A stretch of 51,947 nt of DNA, filler included, from Sphacelaria rigidula (GCA_964200075.2; 4 parts of 4 records of this genome joined end to end with filler, not necessarily neighbours in it); one strand, 5' to 3'; positions 36,909-49,045 are shown, numbered from the whole stretch's first letter. A program made the numbers and translations. The notes: generated by a model not told the origin, from the letters alone.

Positions 36909-38505
36909 GCGAATACTATCAAATCGGGGGCGGGGGGGGGGGGACTCACGATCGCCCGTTGAAGAGTTATCGCTCTTTTTCAAACCTACACATATTGAAA
37001 TGCAACTGCAGCATGCGCAAACGGCCGACACCTGCTAGCTAGCTTGTGAGTACCAGTGTTTTGTTAGAATGCTCACGTATATTGGAAAGCAGTCTGGCGG
37101 ATTACTGTGTCGACCATGTCTGTGGCTCGTGGCTCGTGCATCGTTTTGGACGTGGTGCGGGCCAGGGTGCGAGGGATATTGCACCGAATGTATTACGAGA
37201 GACGCAACCATCCCTTGAGAAGCACGCGGACAGGAAGGAAAACGACGATTTCAGCAACCAATTTGGGGGTTTCCGTTTTACGAGGTTTGATTCAAGGAAA
37301 CGGGCTCAGTTGAAGACTGCACACTCATTCCTACATAATGTAGCATACAGTACCCTTCGGTACCCCGGTGATCACGACATTGACCCCTGCGCCTTTGTTA
37401 TTCAGCTGGTCGCATCTGTAGCCTCGCGCTCATGCTGGCAATCCATATTACAAGAGGAACGCGCAGCGCGGCTTATGGCATGGCAGCAACAATGCTGACG
37501 GACCAGTGCACAATCGGTAGCGCAAGCGATCGGCGAATTTTCATGGTTTGGAGGAAAAGAACAGGAAGAAGACTAGCTTGAAAAATGTTTTTGGGCTAAG
37601 TGATACGAAGAGGTTTGGTATACTTGACTCATTTGATCGATTGGTTGACTTTCACGCTTTAACCTATATCCCGGGGATCCAGCCATGGTCACATGATATA
37701 TTGTAGACGTACCCGAGATAAAAGCAAAATGGAAACACTCGGTGAAGAAGAAGTGAAGGAAGCCGGAAGGTAGAACAAAACGAGTAGACTAGGAAAACAA
37801 AATAAGAGTAACAAAAAAAAATAAAAGGAAGGATCAGAACAAACCAAAGACAAAAACAAAACATCGCGACTACAAATACCCCCCTTTTTGCAGGAAAATT
37901 GGGGCAATTTTTGTGAAATGGTTTCGGTCTGAATGAAGCCGAGGCGGGCGATGTGTGCCTTTATTTCGATTGATGTTGTGGTAAATAGAATAGTGCTGGA
38001 CACCACCCTGGCAAACAGTCCACATGGATTCATACGTTCACACCTGTAATTTGGGAAAGGGTGAAAAGCTTAGGCGTAGTCTTTCCCCCCTCGTGTTTCA
38101 ACAAAATGTGTGTTGCTGTCGGTCAGCCATCCAGAGGTCCGAGAGTATTTGACGCCTGAGCATAGCCGCAGTGACACGTTGTCGCGTGTTCAGCTATCCA
38201 TGCCCATGATATTTTTATGTGTCTTCGCTTTAACCAACCCCCGTCAGTCACTCACGAATCCAAGAAAATGTGATGCCTGAGCATTCCGCTGAGATACTAC
38301 TTCGGTTGGGTTTTTTAATATTCATGCCCATTCTACGCACTTTCCGCCTGCACCTCTTGGCATCTTTATTGCTGACGGAAGTGAAAAAGCGTACTCCCTG
38401 TCTTGCAAGATACTTATTTCTCCTTGGTGTACGCACCACTGCCCCCATTCCCTCGCCCTACCGCCGTCCATGAACCTACCGTAATCTGCCTTTTCGCGAT
38501 TTTAG

Positions 38506-38595
38506 GGGTAAATCCGGCGGGAACGCTGCAGTTCTCTGAACTATGTCGGATCTTAATGACGTATTGCGTCTTCTCCAGAGGCGACATTTTACACT
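38506..38595 (+). CDS. EF-hand protein next exon (GVNPAGTLQFSELCRILMTYCVFSRGDILH)
   Basis: ttttag| acceptor and t|gtgagt donor. Phase 1 matches the previous exon. G-T-L-x-F-x-E loop end and TYC-x-F-S-x-x-[DE]-IL pattern. Confidence 0.7.
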
Positions 38596-38773
38596 GTGAG
38601 TATGGTGTTTGTACGACTACTGCTTGTAAGTAATACGCGCGACAATGTTGATGGCAGTGATGACATCAACAATTCGACGTTGTTATTCCCATGATGAATT
38701 GTGTTTTTTCTGGTGTTATTGTCAACGTACCGTCTCTTCACTAGTTTTTTTCGGGATTGTTTTTCAGTGCAAA

Positions 38774-38794
38774 GGTAGTAGTAGTAGTAGCAGC

Positions 38795-38886
<92 letters not shown>

Positions 38887-38896
38887 CAGCAGCAGC

Positions 38897-38937
<41 letters not shown>
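38774..38937. repeat. (AGT)n/(AGC)n compound microsatellite at contig end
   Basis: Direct reading of the sequence. Confidence 0.95.
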
Positions 38938-39037
38938 NNNNNNNNNNNNNNNNNNNNNNNNNNNNNNNNNNNNNNNNNNNNTTAATTAATTAANNNNNNN
39001 NNNNNNNNNNNNNNNNNNNNNNNNNNNNNNNNNNNNN
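38938..39037. other. Artificial contig spacer
   Basis: N44-TTAATTAATTAA-N44. Confidence 0.98.
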
Positions 39038-39574
39038 TCTGACACACTTATTAGCCTCTTTTTTCGTGCAACCAAATACCCCCCCCCCCCTATCGTAGGA
39101 TGACTCCGATACAGACATGTACCGCGCATTTGTTGACATTCGCTGTCGCTCTCCATCTCCTAGTGTATTCCAGCGCCCTGTCTATCTGTTTCTGCAATCC
39201 TTCTGCTGTTTCTGCAATCCCCATAAAATCATCCGCGAACTTCAGTTCTGATACCATATCGTTACCCACCTGGGACCATTGCTTTGCTTCTTCTTTTGCC
39301 ATTATCAAGTCATGAATAGTTACCTCAAATGAAGTGGGTGATAACGCATATTCTTGCGCAACTCCTTGTAAGATATCAACATATTCCGATATTTCCCCGT
39401 CTAGCATCATAGCACGTTTGGCACATTCTGTCATGTTCTTCACCATTCTCCACATCTTTCCTCTGATCCCAGCTTCCCACAACTTCTTCCATAACCCATT
39501 TTTGCACACTGTGCCCTAAGACGTTCACACGTCTAAAAAGAAACAGTATACTGTCAGCCCGGTGTCGTTCCTAC

Positions 39575-39788
39575 TGTAATGCGTAAGAGGGCCGCGTGCT
39601 TTGAGGACCGCATCGGAATTTGAACATCTTTATGGTTAAGGTTAGGGTTAGGGTTAGTGTCAGAGTTATGGTCAGGGGCGTGGTACCTGTTTTAGGGGCT
39701 GACCCGATTGGTTTTGAAAAACGTCGATCTTGAGGTGTTTTGAACTACGGCGTGGTCCTCTAAGCACGTGGTCCTCTCACGCATTACA
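39575..39788. mobile_element. 214-bp TG...CA element with ~35-bp TIRs, 5-bp TSD (CCTAC) and internal TTAGGG repeats
   Basis: cctac|tgtaatgcgtaagaggg...tcctctcacgcattaca|cctac. Removing it restores the LINE reading IVQGRNDTGLT. Confidence 0.9.
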
Positions 39789-41320
39789 CCTACCCTGAAC
39801 AATCTCATCAAGTGACAGATGGTCTACGCAACAACGGTTTGGTCTAAAACCTGCTTGCCTCCTGCTGGTTATCTTTTCCTTTTCCAGCGCCGTTCCAACC
39901 CCATCGTTTAGAATCCTACAGGATGTTTTCCTACTGTGTTCAGTAGCGCTATCCCTCTATAAGTCAGCCCTGTCTCCTTCCTTGAAAAGGTTGACGACTA
40001 CTCCTTCTCTCCACCTCATGGGTGTGTATTCGTTTTCTCAGATTCAGTTATACAGCATAACCATGATGGTAATCATTTCCTCTCCCCCGTACTTTAGAAA
40101 TTCATTCACTATTCCGTCTGCCCCTACTGATTTCTGTTGTTGAGTTCAGCTTCACATTCCTTTACTTCATCGCCAGTGAAGTCACCCTGCTGTTCTTTCG
40201 AGCCGTTATCCTCTCGTTTTGACGCCTCTACATTCGCCTCTGCCTACGCGTTGATCTCTTTATCGAATTTTATGTCGAACTCCGTCTTTGTGTTTGGTGT
40301 TCCCAATTTACGGTAGTGCTCGCCAGGCACTTCTCTCTTCCCCTTCGAACAAACGACCATTTTCTCGTTCTGTGCCCGGAGTGTAGCTATCCCTTTGTCC
40401 ATTACTCCTGCCTCGTTTCCCGTTCTCCCATTTATCCCTACCCACATTTGTTTCATCTCGCCATCGAAATCTTCATTTGTTTCTTCACTGCACCTTTCCA
40501 CACTCCTTTCTTTTTCTTTTGCATCATCGATTTTTCTTCCTTTCGAGCTTTAGTATACTGCGCCCATCCTGCCGTAGTTTTACTCGGTACTCATCTCGCG
40601 TGGGCCGCTCTCTTTACTCTTGTAGCCTCTTTTACTTCCTCATTCCACCATCTCACTGCTCTCTGGCATACGATCAGTTTCCCCCTTATGACTTTACTCG
40701 TTGTGTACTTGACCATCTGCTCCCATACTTCCATAATCTTCGCTCATGCCCAATTTCTTTGCATCCCGGTATCAACTGCACTCACGTGCTCCAACAGCTG
40801 GGAAGATATAATTGCATTCTCGGCCATCTCTTCTTGGAAATCTTGCCATTTTTCTTCCATATCTAGTTAATCCATTGTCCATTTGTACAACTTCCTACCC
40901 CGTTCATGTGTTTTAGCTATCGTTCGTTGGCTTTCTGCCCATAGTAGGCAATAACCTGCGGTTCTCACGTTCTCCGCGCATGCATGTAGTTCAATTTCTT
41001 CTTTTTTTCTATGCTCTACAACTATATAATCAAGAACGGAACGGTCCATCTCGTTTTTGCATTTTCTAGTCCATGTCTATTGCGCCTCTGGCTTTTGTGC
41101 TCTATCGTTCAGCGTCTTCATCTCGTTATGCTCGAGGAATTTCAGCATTTCTACCCCATTCTTGTTCTTATCTTCCCCGTGTTGTCCAATGATATTATCC
41201 GGTTGACCTGCTCTTCCTACCCTTGCATTGAAATCTCCCACTAGCATTACTTCTCCTTGCCTTTTATCCTCATGTACATCTGCCATCTCCCTAAACATCC
41301 GTTGGATATCGTTTACCCTA

Positions 41321-41504
41321 CTCATGAGGCAGTGTGAAACCGTGGCTGTCATCCAAATGCAAGTTAATCAGTAGGCTTGGGACCGAATAATCTTAGCAGA
41401 ATGCAGCTCACCGTTCATGCGACTCGCCGAACACANNNNNNNNNNCCGGCTTTGTAGGGATGCGAGGTCAATGGTCTTATGACTGTGGCATGCATGATCA
41501 TGAG
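41321..41504. mobile_element. Short deletion derivative of the 26430-26935 family inserted at TA in the LINE EN domain
   Basis: ta|ctcatga...tcatgag|ta. Removing it restores MPPESKSRVNDIQ. Confidence 0.8.
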
Positions 41505-42455
41505 TACTCTTCGATTCTGGGGGCATGTAGATGTTACCTACGAAGAAGTCCTTCATTCCCCGCTCTCCTGGTAACCTTAGCCATATGCTCTCGTCGAATT
41601 TCGTGCCGTCGATCACTTCTATACTGTCGCACAGATATTCCTTGACCAAGAACCCCACCCCACCCGCCCCGCTGCTCTCGGACTTATGTCCCTTCACTGT
41701 TTTCCCTATCCATGCTTACTCTTCAACTCTGCATCCTGTTTCCGCCCCCTCTGTCTCCCATGACTCTTGGATTCCTACTTGTTGCGCTTACTCTTCTCTT
41801 TTGCGCTTGTCCGTGACGAACCCACACACGTTCCACGATTCTAGTTTGAACATCATTTCCATATCATTATCTGTTCTCGTGTTTTCTACCGTTCTCTCTC
41901 TGTCGCTTCTACTATTACTTCTCTTTGCTTGGTTTTTCTCCTCGTTCTGCGTTGGTCTTTGTCTACTTGCCTCGGGCCGCTATGTTCCCTGCCCTTTCCC
42001 TTCCGGGCACTTACCTGTTCTCGCCTCTCTCCTCCTCCGTTGACTCGTGGACCACGTCCTAGATTCTTTGTTCCATTAGCTATGCATACTCTCCATCCTA
42101 CTCTTCTAACCCATGCCGACACCTTACTTGTTTCTATTCCTTCCACACCCTGGAAAAAACGATTTGTGATATATATTGCCCGTTTAATATGTCGATGCGT
42201 CGGGGGGTCAATATATTTTGGGCGAGCAATATGGTGGCACAAGAGACGGTCAATATATATTGTGCCATCAATATGTCAAGGCTCGCGACATACCATATGT
42301 ATCGACCGGACAATACATCACGACACGCGCCACCTAAATATATAGTGGCCGAACAATTTGTTGGTGCCGTAAGGCGCCAAAAATATATATATTTCTCGAG
42401 TAATATATCAGCTGCCACAAGAGGTCAATATACATTGACAATTCAGTATACTCAA

Positions 42456-44066
42456 CAAAAGGCTTACAACATAGGATGGAGGAATGGGCTGTGGAAGAAG
42501 TTGTGGGAAGCTGGGATCAGAGGAAAGATGTTGAAAATGGTGAAGAACATGACAGAATGTGCCGAACGTGCTATGATGCTAGGCGGGGAAATATCGAAAT
42601 ATGTTGATACCTTACAAGGAGTTGCACAAGAATGTGCGTTATCATCCACTTCATTTGACTTCATTATTCATGACTTGATGATGGCAAAATATTAAGAAAA
42701 GCAAGGGTCCAGGTGGGTAAAGATATGGTATCAGAACTGGAGTTCGCGGATGATTTTGTGGGGATTGCAGAACCAGCAGAAGGATTGCAGAAACAGATAG
42801 ACGGGGCGCTGGAATACACTAGGAAATGGAGAGCGACAACGAACGTCAACAAATGCACGGTACTCGTCTGTATCGAAGATGAGAAAAATCCTGTACGGTT
42901 AAAATGGAAATGGGAGACTCGTAGACCAGTAGACATACCTTGGCGTGGAGGTCTCAAGAAACCGTTCTGCGGATGCACACATAAACAAAGTAAAAGAAAA
43001 GGGTAAGGCACAGATGGGCAGAATGGACGTGATCCTCAGAGACCCGCACCTAGACACTCGGATCAAGAGATGTACCCTGATGAACATGATCGTACCAAAG
43101 GTGGAATATTCAGGAGACGTACGGAAGGGGAACGTGAAGTTGGTGGAAAGTTGGAGACAGTACAGATGGCAGCAGCTGAAAAGAAATTTGGATGCTCGAA
43201 AACGACGAGTAATACAGTTTTGAGAGCAGAGTTGGGAATGTAATCACTTGAAACAGAGACACGAGGAAACTGCCATGGCAATATATCGTAAAGAACATGC
43301 AGAGGACGAGATTGCCAGCTATGGTTGATAGGGCTGTATGGAAGAAAAATACGAAAGGGAAGGCTCGAGTAAGGTAGGATACAAAAGTCGAGAAAAGATG
43401 GAAGGAGATGAGAGGAAACCAAGACGAAATACTGTTCATCGATGAGGGCACGCGGTACGAGACAAAAGTAAGAGATACGATAGAAATGAGGGGAACAAGA
43501 GCACTCGGACGCAATGAAGACGAGGAAGACCACCTGGAGACATACGGATGGTTGAGAGAGGTGATAGGGATGAAAGCATATTTGCATGGCCCGATGGACG
43601 CTGCGAGAAGTATGAAACTTCGCTTTCGGGTGGACGACCCGCATCTGCCAGGAAGAAGAAATATATATACCAGTAGTCGGAAGGAGGAGGAAGTAGATTA
43701 ACAGAACTGCCCCTGTGGCGAAGCAATTACGAGCAGAAGCCATATAGTGGCAGAATATGAACCATACAAGGAGGAACGGGGCGTGCTAGAGGGGGAAATG
43801 CGGGATGTGAACGAAGATGGCATGAAATCGTGTGATGCGTTAGACAGTAGGGAGGAAACGATGGGTATACTAGGAGATAGCTGGTGGCCACAGACGGCGA
43901 AGCAGGACGGGGATGAAATATGTCAAAGGTTTTTGTGTAATGTACGGAAGAAACGTAATGAGCACTAGAATAATGAAAATGGCTTTATTGAGAGTTGAAA
44001 CGAGGCTCCGTTTCGAAAGGAATGCGTGATCAATGGTCAAACGACTGAGGAAGCAACAAATGAGTA
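42456..44066 (+). mobile_element. 5'-truncated decayed LINE (RT to 3' end), same family as 39090-42150
   Basis: QKAYNIGWRNGLWKKLW, GVAQECALS and EFADDFVG. A C-terminal CPCG...H-I-V-A-E zinc-knuckle-like remnant lies at ~43708-43755. The 3' end is shared with 26975-27037. Confidence 0.9.
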
Positions 44067-44199
44067 CACCCACCCCCCTCTGACGGGGAGTTGCACATGG
44101 ACGTACCTTATCACCTACTGGGAGTAGCCCATTGCGTCATTACTAGACACGGGGGAAAACCTATCGACAGACAGTGTCGAACACAATAGATGATGGAAC

Positions 44200-46125
44200 A
44201 CATATATTGATATGTATTGCAAGGAACAATAGATGCTGCAAGTGCCGACCAATAGTCCATGGCGACCGCGATGGATTGAGATCACTGGCCATTGACGAAC
44301 ATCGTGTGCCACAAGAAGATTCTCGGATGTATTCATCGACTGCCATGGCCGTTATCAATATATTCCGTTAGTGATCCATCGATAGTCATTGCCGTCATAA
44401 ATAGATTTCATGAGGCATCTATCGGTAACCGTTGCCGTCATCAATAGATTTGGTAAGCAATTTATCGATTGCCTCTGCCGTCAACAATGGATTTTAGGGT
44501 TTTCATCGATGCAGCCATCGTCGTCAACAATCGATGGTTCTAGTGAGCATCCATCGATGGCCAGTGACGCCAGCGGTAGGTTTCGTTAAATATATTGCTC
44601 ACTATAGTGGTCTCATGACATCGACGACGAACCCCTCACACATAAATATGCAACTACCTGAGATGATAGGTTGCCATAGGTTCCACGGAATGAAAATCGA
44701 AACATCCACCGAAAATTGTGCATGTGTACGTGGTGATCGACGACATTCTGCTTCTATTGTAGCCAGCAATAGACATCGGTGGCCGCAATTCAGATTGCAT
44801 CGTGAAGAGCGATAGACATTGGTGGCCTTGATCCCGATTATTTTGTGATCAGCAATAGACATTGGTGGGCGCAATTTAAATCCTACTGTGACTAGCAATA
44901 TGCATTTGGTGGTGGCGTTGCAGATCCGTTGCAGATTCTACTGTGATCAGCAATATATATTTTGCGGCTGCAATTCACAGCCGATTATCGCAATTATGGG
45001 TGGAGCTTTTTATCGAGGATGAGAACCCGGAGGATTGAAATCATCGTATACACACCTAATCTTCGTAATATGGTTCCATTCTTTCAACTACTGGTCGCTA
45101 TTGACAAGTGCTACACGCCCTACATACTTGAATTTCGATAATCGAAATGTTGGGGTCTTCGGTGAAAAAACATTTTGGGGGAATTTGGGGGATCCGACCG
45201 AATAACCAAAATGCCCCCAATGGTGTTTGTCGCCTAGGATCCCAAAATTCTGGTTGTCGAAATCCAAAATCGTAGGGCGTGTAGCAGTTTTCGATAGCCA
45301 CCACTAGGTGAAGGGATGGAGACATATTTCGAACCTTAGGTATGGATACGAAGATTTCAGTCCTCCGGGTTCTCATCCGCAATGAGAAGCTGCATCGTCA
45401 ATGTCGATGGTCGGCTGATAATTCAGAGCCTATTTCAACAAGTGAATGTATCAATGGGCAACTTGAACTTGGCCCCTCCATTGCCACGGCAATGATACAT
45501 CCGGTCCCTTGTCCCGAATCTATTGTCGCCTACAATAGCTATCGATAGACAGTGATGCCAGTCGATTATGACCGACAATGAGCGTTGATAGTCACTTTCT
45601 AGGGGCTATTGCATCTCACCAACGCACAAAAGTGCTATAAGCACCCATGTCCATCAGAGGGACAACCATAATTACCAACACCACACCAATAACAAAACTC
45701 GTAAACGTTTGTTCACACATCTTGAGGATTTCAACGATATACATTCGTTCCAAAATTGTAGAATCGTGACGTCATGAATTCACAACTAGTGTCGCAATAT
45801 ATTCACTGCATGTACACCTGCGGCCCCTCTACCGTACTTCAACAGAGTAGAATATTATGCCCAATACATAGCATATTGCAATGTAAGTGTGGCAATAGAC
45901 GACCGAGAATTCGGTAGGCATTGTATACCACAGTAGATTCTGTAATCTAACAATATTCATTGCTACCATCAACAGACTTTGTAAGCAATTGATCAATAGC
46001 GATTGCCGTCATCACTATATTTATAGTATACAATCTATCGACAGCAATCGCCGTCACCAGTAGATCAAGCACACGGTTTATCGATAGCCACTGCCGTCAT
46101 AGATTTGGAAAGCTATCGATCGATA
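44200..46125. repeat. Highly degenerate tandem array of ~45-bp units (ATCGATAGYCAYTGCCGTCAWCAATAGATT-like)
   Basis: The motif recurs at 44330-44560 and 45950-46120. A related unit (agattctactgtgatcagcaatagacat) occurs at 44740-44970 and 47190-47290. Confidence 0.6.
45017..45378. mobile_element. MITE with ~40-bp TIRs
   Basis: ggatgagaacccggagga..tgaaatc / gatttcagtcctccgggttctcatcc. TSD unclear. Confidence 0.8.
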
Positions 46126-46137
46126 CATTCGGTCGGC

Positions 46138-46396
46138 GAGTCATGCTGCGATAGGGTCTGCACTTTTGGGGCCAAAACCGGCCTGATTCAGGGGTTCCTA
46201 AAAATTGGGAACTACCCAAGAATATGGATCAGGATATCCCCGTTTGAAAATTCATTCGGGATATCCCTAGCAAGTTGGAAGAAAAACCCTGGCGTACTCT
46301 CACCTATTTCGAAAGTCGTGTTTTGGATGAGATAAAGGGTTCGTAATAGTTCTACTCTCAGGTCGTAAAAGTGCTGACCCTATCGCAGCATCACTC
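46138..46396. mobile_element. 259-bp GAG...CTC MITE with 4-bp TSD CGGC (Sola2-like signature)
   Basis: cggc|gagtcatgctgcgatagggtc...gaccctatcgcagcatcactc|cggc. Confidence 0.8.
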
Positions 46397-46399
46397 CGG

Positions 46400-47172
46400 C
46401 GGCAACAGTTTTCGGTGTAGGGCCTGTTGCAGGTTGAGGGCAACGCCCGGTTAAGGACAACGTTTCGCTTAAGGGCAAGCGGTCCGGATTAAGGGCAAGC
46501 GCCCCTGACTAGGGGGAAGCGCCCCTGACTCTGGGGAAGCGCACCTGGGTAGGGGGGAGCGCACCTGGATACGGGCAAGCGCCCCTGATTATTGGCATCT
46601 GCCCCTAGCGACGGAGAAGCGACGTATCGTCAACATATTCCCGAATCAGCCGAAGAATGCCAAACTGCCTAGGACGTGCCAATGACTCAAGATACGTGTG
46701 TCTCTGGCTCGTAGGCACGCGATACAGGTTAGGTTAGGGTTAGGGTTAGGGTTAGGGTATCGTGGGTCCTTCGCACGCCCTAGACAGTTTGGCATTCTTC
46801 GGCTGATTCGGGAATATGATGATACGTGTATCGCTTCTCCCTCGCTAGGGGCAGATGCCAATAATCAGGGGCGCTTGCCGGTATCCAGGTGCGCTCCCCC
46901 CTACCCAGGTGCGCTTCCCCTTCCCCGGGTGCGCTTCCTCCTACCCAGGTGTGCTTCCCCATAGTCAGGGGCGCTTCCCCTTACCCTGGCGCGCTTCCCC
47001 ATAGTTTGGGGCGCTTACCCCTAATCCGGGCCGTTCCCCCCTAACCAGGGGCGCTTCCCCATTGTCAGGGGCGCTTGCCCTTTATCCGGACCGCTTGCCC
47101 TTAAGCGAAAAGTTGCCCTTAACCGGGCGTTGCCCTTAACCTGCAACAGGGCCGCACCAGACTGCTGCCCGA
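46400..47172. mobile_element. Foldback element with 20-bp tandem subrepeats in its arms and a (TTAGGG)4 core
   Basis: Arms ~46400-46695 and ~46757-47172 are inverted. Unit ggggaagcgc(a/c)cctg..; the right arm has more units. Confidence 0.9.
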
Positions 47173-47338
47173 ACGAGAGCATGGAAAAGAGGTCTATCGA
47201 TTGACATTGCCGACGATAAAAGAGGGACGGCAATATTGGCATCTACTGCGGCAGATTCTACTGTCACTGCAATGATACCATCTATTGTCCAGGGTGTGGA
47301 AACACTACCCTCATGTAGTACCTGCTCCATAAGACATG

Positions 47339-47448
47339 CACGGGTGGCCACTTGGGTGCCTGCAACCTATAATTTGGACGTTACAGACGTTGAACAAGAT
47401 CTGTAACGTCCAAATTTGACGTTACAGGCACCCAAGTGGCCACCCGTG
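47339..47448. mobile_element. 110-bp near-palindromic mini-element, CAC...GTG ends, possible 2-bp TSD (TG)
   Basis: cacgggtggccacttgggtgcctg / caggcacccaagtggccacccgtg form a perfect 24-bp inverted pair, with an inner aatttggacgttacaga hairpin. Confidence 0.75.
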
Positions 47449-48854
47449 TGATCTGACGTTATTCTATCGCTTATTGAGACCTCGGCATCATTCGTGCAAG
47501 AGTTGAAGTAAAACAATTGATCGGTCAATCACACGAGTCATTCAACCGACATACCTGTCTCCCATGTATACGGTTCCGTCGTTATGTACGCTGACCAGTC
47601 CACGCCAACACGCGGTATGGAGCTATCGTTGGAATAGACTGGGCTCGTCGAATTATCTCCTCCTGTGTCGAAAGAGCGGAGCAAAGCACAAGTGCATATA
47701 CACAATAATTTGGAAGTTGAGTAAAGGCGGATTGACCGACTATTTTTTTATGATGCATGAGGAAACCGTACTTTCACTGTACGGTGAAATTCAGAGCTTT
47801 TGGCAGGACTTCGGGACGGGATGGGACGGGATTTACCGTCGCCCAGAAGACCACAGGACGAGACAGGACCATTTTGCCGTGGCCACGATAATTGCGGGAA
47901 ATGACAGAAAAAGTTGATATTGCGCCAAGACGGGAAGGGAACGTTCTTCGGTCGCAGGAAAACGACGGGACTCGAAGGGAAAATGTGGGTACTGACGAAA
48001 TGTGACAGGACAGGAATTTCCGTCCTGTCGCGTCCTCAATGAAGAGGCCTTCTGCGATAACCGTGATTCACCCTGTCCCACTCTGTCCCGTCGTCAGGGA
48101 CACATTTATGCAACTCTCCCCCGAATAGCGCGTCAATTCATAGCAGCGATACTTGGACATGTTCAAGAAAAAACACTGCCCGCTGTTCATAAAAAACCAC
48201 TGCCCGCTGTTGTTATCCCACGTTTAACAACAATGGGGTGTTTTTAGAAACCGTTTTCTTGCACTTATCGAAAGAGAAACAAGCTAGTAAAAGCACAAAT
48301 TTCTTCCTGAAAAAGTGGTGAGAATCGATGTTTCAAGGTTGAAGCCCCGTTTGGAGTTCTTTATCCTGAAATCCAAAGTGTCCCTTCAGAACTCAGGGTG
48401 GAACGAAGTACGATCACTACCACTCCCACCACTAGTGTCTCAACCAGATCACGATCAACAAGCGAAGTCGGACATCCACCACAACCGCCATCCTGATAAC
48501 AACGGACCAGTCACGAAATAGCAATGGTCGACATTGCAGACAGGTACCTGCCTACACCTCCCTGTCGCTGCGATGTATGTCAAAATCGTATCAGCATTCG
48601 CTTGGTGGTGTTGAGTGAAACGTAAATGCTCGGTGCGCACAAGGCGTTGCCTTGAGCACAGCTTCTAACATTTCGTCTGGCTCAGGTGGAGGACGACGTG
48701 GACAAATCGTAGTCTACCGCGCAGAAGCAGTGCTACAATAGCTGCACTGCCGTTCCTTCAGAGGTCATGACGTCCCCTACCACCGTTGTAAGTGGCATGC
48801 GGTGAAGTCATTGCCATGCGGCTTCGCCGGTTGTTGGAAAGTACTGCCGTGCTT

Positions 48855-49045
48855 CATGCACCGTACCCCTGTGCCATACCGTACCGCAATGTACTGTAGT
48901 GTTCTGTATTGCACTGGATTGTACTGTGCTGTCTACTGTACTGTACTGCAGTGCCTGCCAGTGCAAAGAGATGAGTGTACAGTACGATACCTATGCTGCA
49001 GTACGGTGCGGTACAGTACGGCAGAGCACGGTACAATTACTATGT
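48855..49045. repeat. Degenerate (CTGTA)n / (TACAG)n inverted microsatellite
   Basis: The pentamer switches strand near 48970. Confidence 0.6.

Larger units (their letters stand above)
39090..42150 (-). mobile_element. Decayed non-LTR retrotransposon (LINE): APE endonuclease plus RT, 3' part missing
   Basis: EN motifs GGVGFLV, NIYMPP, VGDFNARVG and VLDYIVV. RT motifs NGLWKKLWEAGIRGKM, GVAQEYALSP and FADDF. Many stops/frameshifts and two MITE insertions. Confidence 0.9.

Noticed and set aside
38645..38993. Poly-Ser and poly-Val ORFs
   Set aside because: Translations of a trinucleotide microsatellite.
43990..44066. This LINE as the partner of the SINE families
   Set aside because: Its 3' end does not match the SINE AAGTGCGACAATC tail.
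46727..46757. True chromosome telomere
   Set aside because: Only four to five units, internal to a contig and inside an inverted-repeat element.
46480..47100. CRISPR-like array of 20-bp repeats
   Set aside because: Units are contiguous without unique spacers, there are no cas genes, and the context is eukaryotic.
42141..47301. 14-bp perfect inverted match ttccacaccctgga / tccagggtgtggaa as TIRs of a 5-kb element
   Set aside because: No TSD, the left copy overlaps apparent LINE coding sequence, and a match this short can occur by chance.
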